Positions 33,983 through 42,336 of a stretch of DNA of 61,021 bases are shown piece by piece. Source of the stretch: Pseudomonadota bacterium. GTDB taxonomy: Bacteria > Pseudomonadota > Alphaproteobacteria > Rickettsiales > SXRF01. Numbering within the stretch: the first letter of the stretch is position 1; each line of letters starts with the position of its first letter. Below the pieces are notes generated by a model, which saw only the letters and a program-made list of their open reading frames with translations, had not been told where the DNA came from and ran no database searches. Where the stretch lies: contig JAGWIM010000002.1 in NCBI GenBank assembly GCA_028873525.1, positions 1 through 61,021 on the forward strand. Reading direction: 5' to 3'. A program made the position numbers and the translations under genes.

Positions 33983-34806
33983 GAACAGGTATCCATTTTG
34001 TGATGCTCCAATATTGTTTTCGATGCGTCCGATACCGCGAGATTCTCCGGCACCGGGCGCTCGCCGCGCATCATTGCCGCCAGTTCCTGCTGGAAGGAGT
34101 TGAGTGCTGGCGCGTCGTCATCCATGGCACCGGTTTTGGCGCGGTAAAGGGAGTGGTTCATATAGGCGTTGATCTCGCGGGCGTACGGCAGGCGGAGGCC
34201 ATGTACGCCCTGCGCGACCATCGCGTGATAGATCTGCGCTGTAGTATTGACCGGATCGGCCATCATATCCGAATGCAACACGAAAATGCGCGGCAGGCCG
34301 GCCGAGGCATTAAGCAGTGACACGGCATAGGCCTCCCATAGCGCCATGCCGCGATGCAGCGACGGAATGGTATCGTACTTGCGGATACGCAGCGACTGCG
34401 CAATTTCCAGCGGATCGCGGTAAACAATGACAAAGACCGGCACCTCCAGCAGCGGCTTCCAATGCGGAAGCGTGAGGCACATATAGGGATCCTTCATCAC
34501 CCAGGGTCGGTGTGAGTCCATATTGAACACGATGGTCTTCATCTGCAGGGGCAGTGCCGGTCCCTGGTGCGGCGGCTTCCAGTCGATCACCCACGGCGTG
34601 ACGTTCAGCGCGCGCCAGTCCGGGTTATGCAGCTTGAGCAATGATACATTGCATTCCACCACGTCGCGGCGCTCCCAGTAACCCTTCGGATTATCCTGGT
34701 TAAAGCCGCACATGCCTTCCGGGCCGACATACGCGCCCATCATGTTGATGAGCCGCGTCGTCAGCGAGGTGCCGGAGCGGTGCATTCCCAGAATAATAAT
34801 CTGCAT
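33979..34806 (-). CDS. Sulfotransferase-family protein
   Basis: A 5-prime-PSB-like motif (ILGMHRSGTSLTT) and a 3-prime-PB-like motif (VYRDPLEIAQSL) are present. I chose the ATG at 34806; the ORF extends to a TTG at 34827. It overlaps the DUF815 start by 4 nt. Confidence 0.8.
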   Translation of the reverse strand: MQIIILGMHRSGTSLTTRLINMMGAYVGPEGMCGFNQDNPKGYWERRDVVECNVSLLKLHNPDWRALNVTPWVIDWKPPHQGPALPLQMKTIVFNMDSHRPWVMKDPYMCLTLPHWKPLLEVPVFVIVYRDPLEIAQSLRIRKYDTIPSLHRGMALWEAYAVSLLNASAGLPRIFVLHSDMMADPVNTTAQIYHAMVAQGVHGLRLPYAREINAYMNHSLYRAKTGAMDDDAPALNSFQQELAAMMRGERPVPENLAVSDASKTILEHHKMDTCS

Positions 34807-34915
34807 GGATAAGGATGATAGCGTCAAAAATACGGCAACGCCAGCGCCGGAAGAAATAAAAATGTCATGGCATTAACCATGAGGAGCGATACAATGCCGC
34901 CTTGGATTATCCACA

Positions 34916-35700
34916 ATGTTTATTGCCGTGACTGAAAAACGCATTATTTTCACCGTTACTTCGGGACGTAGCGGCACGAAATATCTGACCCATCTCCTGA
35001 CCGGCTTGCCCGACGTTGCAGCGGAACATGAGCCGACGCCCGAATTTAGTTCGTGTATGCCACAGGCGCGGCATGATCCGGCGCTGGCCACACGTTTTCT
35101 GACGGAGCAGAAATTGCCGCACATCCATGCCGTCCCGCAGTCAATCTATGTGGAAACAAGCCATTACGTCGGCAAAGGGTTCCTCGACTCGCTGCTGGAA
35201 CTGGGTGTTGTACCCGACCTGATTATGTTACGCCGCGATCCAAGACAAGTAGCCAGCAGTTGGTTCCTGATCGGCGGCGGAGTTAAGAAACTACATGACG
35301 GTGTATTTTATAAGAATATGCTTGGTCCGCATGAGCCGAATTTTCTTCCGGCGCGGCATTGGGATGCCTGGAATGATTATCAGCTATGCTATTGGTATGC
35401 GCTGGAGACACATTTCCGCATCCGGCATTATGCGTCGCTTATCGCTGTGCACGGCGGAAAAATCTTCGATACATCGCTGCCGGAGCTTGCCGAAGGCGAC
35501 GACTATAAACCTCTGCTGGAATGGCTTGAGGTGCCGGAAGATATTATCAGGATACGTGTGGGCGATGCCTCTTTCAGGCGTACTAAAATCAATGACATGC
35601 AAAGCAAAAAAGTCATCAAAGGTCGTGAGCAGGAACTTGCAGCCCTCGACCTGGATCGTCTGGAAGCACAGGTGTTTGCCGATTGCGGGATTTCATGCAG
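34916..35700 (+). other. Domain: sulfotransferase-like N-terminal module
   Basis: TVTSGRSGTKYLTHLL is a PAPS 5-prime-phosphosulfate-binding-like loop, and LRRDPRQVASSWF is a 3-prime-phosphate-binding-like RDP motif. Confidence 0.6.
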
Positions 35701-38700
35701 ACAGGCGGACGATGTGGTGTGGTCCGTGGCGCCAGTGTCGGGTAAACAACCGTGCCTCTTCGTCAACATTGCCAGCTACCGCGATCCGGAATGCCAATGG
35801 ACGGTGAAGGATTTGTTTGAAAAGGCGGCGCGTCCGGAACGAATCAATGTCGGCATCTGCTGGCAGTCTGATCCGGAGGCGGATCAGGAGTGCTTTACTG
35901 TTCCCTCGCCGCGGCCGGAGCAGACGCGCATCATCAATTATCATATCCGCGACAGCAAGGGCGCCAACTGGGCGCGGGCACAGGCCATGACATTGAAGCA
36001 GGGCGAGGAATATGTGCTGGTCATCGATTCGCACATGCGGTTTGAGCCAGGCTGGGATGAATTATTGCTGGAAGCGCTGAAACGTTGCCCGTCTGAAAAA
36101 GCGATGCTTACCGCCTGGCTGCCAGGATACAAGCCGCCGGATAAGCTGGATCCTGACGGCGGCAGGCTGGCGCGGCTGCGTATCTCAAGCCTGCAATGGG
36201 ACGGCAGCGACGCGCAGCTGACGAATCTCAACTGCTTCCATGCGCCTGCCGATGCCGTGCGCGGACGCATGGATCCATCCTGCTCGCTGGTGGCCAACTG
36301 CATGTTCGGTCCGGCGAAGGCATTTGAGGAAGTACCGTTCGACCCGCATATCGATTTCTGGGGCGATGAAATCAACCAGTCGGCGCGGCTGTGGACGCAT
36401 GGCTGGGATTTTTTCCAGCTCGACCGCCGCGTGCTGTACCATTACTGGGATCCGGAAAATATTAAAGACCGTGAAACCTATCGTGATAGAAAAAACCCAC
36501 GTCACCAGCGCGCGCGCAGGCGTAACCTGCACCTGTTGCTTATCGAGCGATCGGAGGACAGAAAAGCGATTGCCGAGATCGAAAAATATCCGCTGGGGAC
36601 AATACGCGCCATTGCTGATTACTGGCGCTTCATGGATGTTGACCTTGCCAAAAAAGTCATTGGGGAGCGAGGTGCGCGCGGGCAGTGGAAAAATTTGCCT
36701 GCGGCGGTGGGCAAGCCGCCGCGCATCTTCGTCAACATCGCCAGCTATCGTGATCCGGAAACGCAGGCGACGGTGGACGATTTATTCGCCAAGGCGACGC
36801 ATCCGGAGCGCATCCATGTGGGCATCTGCCTGCAGCTGGATCCGAAGGAAGACGTTGCCTGCACGGTGCGTCCCGAAGGCTATCCGGGAAAGATGCGCAT
36901 CACGCAGGTGCATCATAAAGCAAGTAAAGGCGCCGGGTGGGCGAGGGCGGAGGCGCTGCAATTATGGGACGGCGAGGAATATATACTGGCCATTGATTCA
37001 CACATGCGTTTCGAGCCGGGATGGGACGAGGCGCTGATCGATATGCAGAGGCGTTGCCCGCCGCGATCTTTGCTCAGCACGTACGTGCCGCGCTACACGC
37101 CGCCCGACAGGCGCGACCAGTTTCCCGGCCAGATACTGCGCATCCGCATACATGGGCTGGCTGAGGCGGGAAATCCGCAGACGCTGCATAATACCAAGAT
37201 ACCGGTGCCGCTGACCGACAAGGAACGCAGCGGACTTTACCGCACGCCGTTCGTCATCGCCAATTTCATTTTCTGCCCGGCCGGAGTGCTGCGGGAAGTG
37301 CCGTTCGACCCGTATATCCGTTTCTGGGGCGACGAGGCCACGCTCTCGGCGCGGCTGTGGACGCACGGCTACGATATCTACCAGCCGGATAAAACCGTGG
37401 CCTATCATTACTGGCGGCGCGACGAACTGGTGCCCATCCAACCCTACCGGAATATGGATACGCCGGAAAGCCGCTGTTCGCACGCGCGTATCCGGCATCT
37501 GCTCGGCTTTGAAGCGACGACAAACCAAGAAGCGCTGGCGGAAATTGAGAAATATGGATTAGGAACGGCGCGGCGGCTGGAGGATTTATGGACATTCGCC
37601 GGTATCGACTGGCAGCGTCGAACCGTCAGTCAGAACGCACTGGAGGGACGGTGGAATACGGCAAAGAAGATAGAGAGAATATTCGTCAACATCGCCAGCT
37701 ACCGCGACGTCGAATGCCAGTGGACGGTAAATGACCTGTTCGAGAAAGCGGCGCACCCGGAGCGCGTATTCGTCGGGCTTTGCTGGCAGTATGACCCGGC
37801 GGAAGACAAGCATTGTTTTCAAATACCGCCGTCCAGGCCGGAACAGGTGCGGCTGCTGCCGGTTGATTGGCGCGATGCCGGGGGCGTGTGCTGGGCGCGG
37901 CATCAGGCGCAGCAATTATGGGAAGGCGAGGAATACACGCTGATGATCGACAGCCATATGCGTTTCGTGCCGGGCTGGGATGATCTGATGATGGCAGAGC
38001 TGGCCGCCTGTGATTCCAAAAAGCCGGTGCTGTCCTGTAGCCCGCCGCCCTACACGCCGCCGAATCACTTAAGTAAAAACATGAACCCCACCGTGCGGCG
38101 CGTCAAGCCCTTCATGGCCGACGGCAACATACGCTGCCAGGGCGAGATGCTCGACCGCGTGCCGGAGCATCCGCTGCGCGGCGCGTTCATCGTCGCCAAT
38201 TTCGTTTTCTCGCGCTCGGAGATTATCCGCGAGGTGCCATATGATCCGTACCTCTATTTCGACCAGGAAGAAATCACCTACGCCGCGCGGCTTTACACGC
38301 ACGGCTGGGACGTGTTTTCCACGCGGCGGCAATGCCTTTATCACTTCTACAACGACCCCAAAACCTCGGTGCGGCCGCTGCACTGGAGCGACATGAGCAA
38401 GTCGGACAAGGCCGATAACGAACGCATCAAATACCTGTATGCCCGCGGGCTGGCGCGATTCAACCATCTGACCGGCTATAAACTTTCAACCGATCCGGAT
38501 GTAACGGCGGCACTGGATAAATACGGATTCGGAAAAATGCGGACGCTGGCGGAATTCGAGGCGTTCACCGGCGTTGATTTCAAGCGCAAGATTGCTTCGG
38601 AACGGGCGCTGCGCGGCGGGTTCATCGAGGATTTGCAGAAATACCGCGACCGGCCGTTCTTCGTGCCGGAGATTGATAAAAAACCGGCGCCCGCGCCCAT

Positions 38701-39889
38701 GGCCGCGCCGCCGAAAGCAGGCAGGCTGAATGTTGGCGACTTCATTCCAATGTTCGACGTGGTGGATGACAACGGACAGCCGCGTGCCGTCGAGATTTAC
38801 GCCGGACGGCATTCTTTGCTGTTTTTTCTCTCGGCGGAGGATGTCGCTTACGCCCGACAATGTATGGCCGCACTGCAGCGGCTGATACCGCGTGGGATGC
38901 ACGAAAAAATCTGGCTGATATACGTTGTCAACGCGCCGGTTGAACAGTTGAAAATGCTGAAGCAGCAGATCGGTACGGGGCATAGCCTGTGGGCCGATCC
39001 GGAAGGAAAAATAGCGCAGGCCTTCAGCGTTGCGGCCCCGGCGGGCTTCCTGCTCAACCAGAATCTTAAAATATTGCATCGCTATGACCGGATGCCGCCG
39101 GAGGCAATGGCATCTTCCATTGTCGCTGACGGGCAGAACGCGCTGGAGTCCTACCGCTTCAAGAACCGCGTTCCGCGCACCGTCGCCGAATTGCCGCCGG
39201 CGCTGATCGTGCCGGACGCCTTCACGCCGGCGCTCTGCGAAAAATGCATCGCCTCTTTCCGCAGCGGCCATAGCTTCGAGGGCACGGTCGGCGCCGAGAA
39301 CAAGCTGGCTTACCGCCCCAGCGCAAAGATTCGTACCGACCATATCGTATCGTCGCCGCTGCTGGAGGAAATTGACGATAAATTATCGCGCAGCCTGTTT
39401 CCCGAGATACGCAAGGTGTTCGGCTTTGAGGTGGCGTACCGCGAACTGTATAAAGTCGGGCTTTACACCGGCGAAAAAGGCGGATTTTTCCAGCGGCACC
39501 GCGATAATTTCGAGCCGCCGCTGGGCTATCGCCGCGTGGCGATGACGCTGCATCTCAACAATGATTATGAAGGCGGCGGGCTGCATTTCCCCGAATATGA
39601 CGATAACATCTATCGCCCGGTCGCGGGCAGCGCCATCGCCTTTTCCTGCGCGACCTTGCATGAGGCGCGGCCGGTGACGCGCGGCGAGCGCTTCGTGCTG
39701 GTCGGATTTTTCCACGGCGAACAGGACGAGGCCTACCGCCGTCAGTACCTGGCAGAGAAGGGTAGTCCGCTCAAGATTAAGGATTACACACCGTTGCTGG
39801 CGCCGGATCCGCCGATCCGGCAGGGACGCGATTTCTACCGCAACTGGCGCAAAAAATATGTGCGTTTTGATGGACAGGACAAAAAATGA
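34916..39889 (+). CDS. 1,657-aa multidomain protein: sulfotransferase-like, 3x GlcNAc-transferase-like, redoxin-like and 2OG-Fe(II) oxygenase domains
   Basis: A single uninterrupted ORF with no signal peptide or TM segment. The domain motifs are listed in the sub-features below. Confidence 0.9.
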   Translation: MFIAVTEKRIIFTVTSGRSGTKYLTHLLTGLPDVAAEHEPTPEFSSCMPQARHDPALATRFLTEQKLPHIHAVPQSIYVETSHYVGKGFLDSLLELGVVPDLIMLRRDPRQVASSWFLIGGGVKKLHDGVFYKNMLGPHEPNFLPARHWDAWNDYQLCYWYALETHFRIRHYASLIAVHGGKIFDTSLPELAEGDDYKPLLEWLEVPEDIIRIRVGDASFRRTKINDMQSKKVIKGREQELAALDLDRLEAQVFADCGISCRQADDVVWSVAPVSGKQPCLFVNIASYRDPECQWTVKDLFEKAARPERINVGICWQSDPEADQECFTVPSPRPEQTRIINYHIRDSKGANWARAQAMTLKQGEEYVLVIDSHMRFEPGWDELLLEALKRCPSEKAMLTAWLPGYKPPDKLDPDGGRLARLRISSLQWDGSDAQLTNLNCFHAPADAVRGRMDPSCSLVANCMFGPAKAFEEVPFDPHIDFWGDEINQSARLWTHGWDFFQLDRRVLYHYWDPENIKDRETYRDRKNPRHQRARRRNLHLLLIERSEDRKAIAEIEKYPLGTIRAIADYWRFMDVDLAKKVIGERGARGQWKNLPAAVGKPPRIFVNIASYRDPETQATVDDLFAKATHPERIHVGICLQLDPKEDVACTVRPEGYPGKMRITQVHHKASKGAGWARAEALQLWDGEEYILAIDSHMRFEPGWDEALIDMQRRCPPRSLLSTYVPRYTPPDRRDQFPGQILRIRIHGLAEAGNPQTLHNTKIPVPLTDKERSGLYRTPFVIANFIFCPAGVLREVPFDPYIRFWGDEATLSARLWTHGYDIYQPDKTVAYHYWRRDELVPIQPYRNMDTPESRCSHARIRHLLGFEATTNQEALAEIEKYGLGTARRLEDLWTFAGIDWQRRTVSQNALEGRWNTAKKIERIFVNIASYRDVECQWTVNDLFEKAAHPERVFVGLCWQYDPAEDKHCFQIPPSRPEQVRLLPVDWRDAGGVCWARHQAQQLWEGEEYTLMIDSHMRFVPGWDDLMMAELAACDSKKPVLSCSPPPYTPPNHLSKNMNPTVRRVKPFMADGNIRCQGEMLDRVPEHPLRGAFIVANFVFSRSEIIREVPYDPYLYFDQEEITYAARLYTHGWDVFSTRRQCLYHFYNDPKTSVRPLHWSDMSKSDKADNERIKYLYARGLARFNHLTGYKLSTDPDVTAALDKYGFGKMRTLAEFEAFTGVDFKRKIASERALRGGFIEDLQKYRDRPFFVPEIDKKPAPAPMAAPPKAGRLNVGDFIPMFDVVDDNGQPRAVEIYAGRHSLLFFLSAEDVAYARQCMAALQRLIPRGMHEKIWLIYVVNAPVEQLKMLKQQIGTGHSLWADPEGKIAQAFSVAAPAGFLLNQNLKILHRYDRMPPEAMASSIVADGQNALESYRFKNRVPRTVAELPPALIVPDAFTPALCEKCIASFRSGHSFEGTVGAENKLAYRPSAKIRTDHIVSSPLLEEIDDKLSRSLFPEIRKVFGFEVAYRELYKVGLYTGEKGGFFQRHRDNFEPPLGYRRVAMTLHLNNDYEGGGLHFPEYDDNIYRPVAGSAIAFSCATLHEARPVTRGERFVLVGFFHGEQDEAYRRQYLAEKGSPLKIKDYTPLLAPDPPIRQGRDFYRNWRKKYVRFDGQDKK
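35750..36715 (+). other. Domain: GlcNAc-transferase-like (Pfam GlcNAc/PF11397-like) repeat 1
   Basis: LFVNIASYRDPECQWTVKDLFEKAARPERINVGICWQ ... VLVIDSHMRFEPGWD ... FWGDEINQSARLWTHGWDFF ... AEIEKYPLG. Confidence 0.7.
36716..37675 (+). other. Domain: GlcNAc-transferase-like repeat 2
   Basis: IFVNIASYRDPETQATVDDLFAKATHPERIHVGICLQ ... ILAIDSHMRFEPGWD ... FWGDEATLSARLWTHGYDIY ... AEIEKYGLG. Confidence 0.7.
37676..38590 (+). other. Domain: GlcNAc-transferase-like repeat 3
   Basis: IFVNIASYRDVECQWTVNDLFEKAAHPERVFVGLCWQ ... TLMIDSHMRFVPGWD ... YFDQEEITYAARLYTHGWDVF ... ALDKYGFG. Confidence 0.7.
38720..39090 (+). other. Domain: thioredoxin-fold / AhpC-TSA-like (redoxin-like)
   Basis: VGDFIPMFDVVDDNGQPRAVEIYAGRHSLLFFLSAED...LWADPEGKIAQAFSV follows the peroxiredoxin layout. 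The canonical T-x-x-C peroxidatic motif is not evident. Confidence 0.5.
39190..39720 (+). other. Domain: 2OG-Fe(II) oxygenase (prolyl-4-hydroxylase-like, PF13640-like)
   Basis: The facial triad is H1528-x-D1530 (QRHRDN, nt 39497-39505) plus H1582 (nt 39659-39661). The 2OG-binding Arg lies in HEARPVTRGERFVLVGFF. Confidence 0.75.
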
Positions 39890-39905
39890 TTCTTATGGTG
39901 CGGGC

Positions 39906-41489
39906 ATGACGGATATTAAGGAATTAGCGCTGGCGAGCCAGGCTTGGCCGTTTGAGGAAGCGCGCAAGCTGGTGGAGCGCTTCAAGAGCGGCGCGCCCGC
40001 CAAGGGCTGCGTGTTGTTTGAAACCGGCTACGGGCCTTCGGGGCTGCCGCATATCGGCACCTTCATGGAAGTCTTCCGCACGACGCTGGTGCGCCATGCG
40101 TTTCAGCAGATGTCCGATATTCCGACGCGGCTGTTCGCCGTGTCGGACGATATGGACGGGCTGCGCAAAGTGCCGGACAATATTCCGAATCAGGGCATGG
40201 TGCGCGCCCATCTCGGCTTGCCTTTGACCGCCATTCCCGACCCGTTCGGCACGCACGAGAGCTACGGCGCGCATATGAACGCGCGGCTGTGTAAGTTCCT
40301 CGATAATTACGGCTTCGAATACGAATTTCTAAGCTCGACCGAGCAATATAAAAAAGGCGTCTATGATGAAAAATTGCTGGAGGCGTTGAAGCAGTACGAC
40401 AAGATCATGGACGTGATGCTGCCGACGCTGGGCGAGGAGCGCCGCGCCACCTACAGCCCGTTCATGCCGATCTCGCCCAGGACCGGGCAGGTGCTGCAGG
40501 TACCGGTCATCCGCCGCGATATGACGAAAGGCACGATTACCTATAAGGAAGAGGATGGCGAGGAAGTGACGGTGCCGGTGACCGGCGGCCACTGCAAGCT
40601 GCAATGGAAACCCGATTTCGGCATGCGCTGGGCGGCGCTGGACGTGGATTTCGAGATGTACGGCAAGGACCACCAGCCGAACGCGCCGCTCTACAATGCC
40701 ATCTGCCATATCCTCGGCGGGCGCGGGCCGGAGCAATATGTGTATGAGATGTTCCTCGACGCCGAGGGCAGGAAAATCTCCAAGTCGAAAGGCAACGGCA
40801 TCAGCATCGAGGACTGGCTGCGTTATGCGCCGCCGGAGAGCCTCAGCTATTACATGTACCAGTCGCCGCGCAAGGCCAAGCGGCTCTATTTCGATGTCAT
40901 CCCGCGCGCGGTGGACGATTACCAGAGTTTTCTCGAAAAATTCGAGCAGGAAGACCCGGCGAAGCAACTGAATAACCCGGTGTGGCACATCCACGGCGGA
41001 AACCCGCCGAAGCCGGAGGGCATTCCCGGATTCAACCTGCTGCTGAATCTGGCGGGCGTGTCGCAGGCCGAGGACCCGAAAGCGCTGTGGGGGTATGTGG
41101 CGCGCTACCGGCCGCAATTCTCGCCTGAGACCCACCCGTTCCTTGATAAGCTGGTGCAGGGCGCGGTGAATTACTATCACGATTTCATCAAGCCGACGAA
41201 AAAATACCGGCTGCCGACCGAGCCGGAAGCCAAGGCGCTGGGGGAACTGGCCGACTGGCTGGAAAAAGCGCCTCCTGCGGCGACGCCTGAGGAAATACAG
41301 AACGAGATTTATGAAATCGGCAAAAAGGATTTCGCCGATAATCTCAAAGGCTGGTTCTCCGCCATGTATGAAACCCTGCTCGGCCAGCCGCAGGGCCCGC
41401 GCATGGGTTCATTCGTCGCGCTGTATGGCAAGGCAGAGACAGTGCGGCTGATACGGCGCGTATTGGCGAAAGAGGATCTGGCGGCGTGA
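39906..41489 (+). CDS. lysK: Lysyl-tRNA synthetase, class I
   Basis: Class I LysRS pattern with LPHIGT (HIGH) and KISKSKG (KMSKS). I chose the start MTDIKELA at 39906. Confidence 0.95.
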   Translation: MTDIKELALASQAWPFEEARKLVERFKSGAPAKGCVLFETGYGPSGLPHIGTFMEVFRTTLVRHAFQQMSDIPTRLFAVSDDMDGLRKVPDNIPNQGMVRAHLGLPLTAIPDPFGTHESYGAHMNARLCKFLDNYGFEYEFLSSTEQYKKGVYDEKLLEALKQYDKIMDVMLPTLGEERRATYSPFMPISPRTGQVLQVPVIRRDMTKGTITYKEEDGEEVTVPVTGGHCKLQWKPDFGMRWAALDVDFEMYGKDHQPNAPLYNAICHILGGRGPEQYVYEMFLDAEGRKISKSKGNGISIEDWLRYAPPESLSYYMYQSPRKAKRLYFDVIPRAVDDYQSFLEKFEQEDPAKQLNNPVWHIHGGNPPKPEGIPGFNLLLNLAGVSQAEDPKALWGYVARYRPQFSPETHPFLDKLVQGAVNYYHDFIKPTKKYRLPTEPEAKALGELADWLEKAPPAATPEEIQNEIYEIGKKDFADNLKGWFSAMYETLLGQPQGPRMGSFVALYGKAETVRLIRRVLAKEDLAA

Positions 41490-42325
41490 TGCAGCCTGTT
41501 TCCAATCTCTCCACCATCATCTCCCGCTACGATGCCGTGTTCATGGATTTGTGGGGCGTGGTGCATGATGGCTCGCAGCTTTATCCCGGCGTGCCGGAAG
41601 CGCTGGCGAAACTGCGCGAAGCGAAGAAGAAAATCATCATGATCTCCAACGCCCCGCGCCGTGCCGAGAAAGCGGTCAAAGTGCTGGCACAGCTCGGTGT
41701 GACGCCGGAGCTGTATGACTATGCGGTCACTTCGGGAGAAATGGGATACCGTGCGTTACGTACCGATACACCGTGGGGCAGGCGCTATTATTATATCGGC
41801 CCATCCAAGGATGCCGATGTGCTGGACGGGCTGGAATATCAGCGCGTCGATGATGTAAAAACGGCGGATTTCCTGCTCAATGTCGGGTTCGGCAGCGAGG
41901 AGGAATCGTCCGAGAACTGGCAGATGCTGCTGTGCGCCGCGCGGGGGCGCGCGCTGCCGATGCTCTGCCTCAATCCCGATTTCGAGGTGGTGAAAATCAC
42001 CGGCGAGCGCTATGCCTGCGCCGGCGTGCTGGCCGCCGATTATGAGAAAATGGGCGGAACGGTTAAATATTTCGGCAAGCCGTTTCCGGAGATTTATGAG
42101 TATTGCATGGAATTACTTTTCCCCTCTCCCCGGGAGAGGGAAAAAAAGAAAATTTTGGCCATCGGCGACGGCATCGTCACCGACATCGCCGGCGCGGTGA
42201 GTTTCGGCATTGATGCGGCGCTGGTGACCGGCGGTATCATCAAGAAAGACGAGCACAAAGTCGAAGGGCTGTGCCGGAAGGTGAACGCCGTTCCCAATTA
42301 TGTGATGCCGGCGCTGGTGTGGTAA
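41489..42325 (+). CDS. HAD-superfamily hydrolase (subfamily IIA, TIGR01459-like)
   Basis: FMDLWGVVHDG (DxxGV motif I), ISNAPR and IGDGIVTDIAGA are present. The ATG overlaps the lysK stop by 1 nt. Confidence 0.85.
   Translation: MQPVSNLSTIISRYDAVFMDLWGVVHDGSQLYPGVPEALAKLREAKKKIIMISNAPRRAEKAVKVLAQLGVTPELYDYAVTSGEMGYRALRTDTPWGRRYYYIGPSKDADVLDGLEYQRVDDVKTADFLLNVGFGSEEESSENWQMLLCAARGRALPMLCLNPDFEVVKITGERYACAGVLAADYEKMGGTVKYFGKPFPEIYEYCMELLFPSPREREKKKILAIGDGIVTDIAGAVSFGIDAALVTGGIIKKDEHKVEGLCRKVNAVPNYVMPALVW
42117..42145. repeat. REP-like palindrome lying in-frame inside the HAD hydrolase gene
   Basis: TTTTCCCCTCTCCCCGGGAGAGGGAAAAA is a near-perfect palindrome centred on CCGG. It encodes the peptide FPSPREREK. 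Confidence 0.6.
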
Positions 42326-42336
42326 CAGCCCTGCAT

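Noticed and set aside
40329-41180. A 283-aa ORF on the - strand. The same applies to 38486-39343, 36998-37528, 5950-6702, 43312-44070, 9529-10185, 25762-26436 and 50847-51581.
   Set aside because: All lie antisense to or overlap strongly supported genes (lysK, the giant ORF, the OMF gene, argH, cusA, plsC, sdhA). All have the Arg/Gly/His-rich composition typical of spurious frames in GC-rich DNA.
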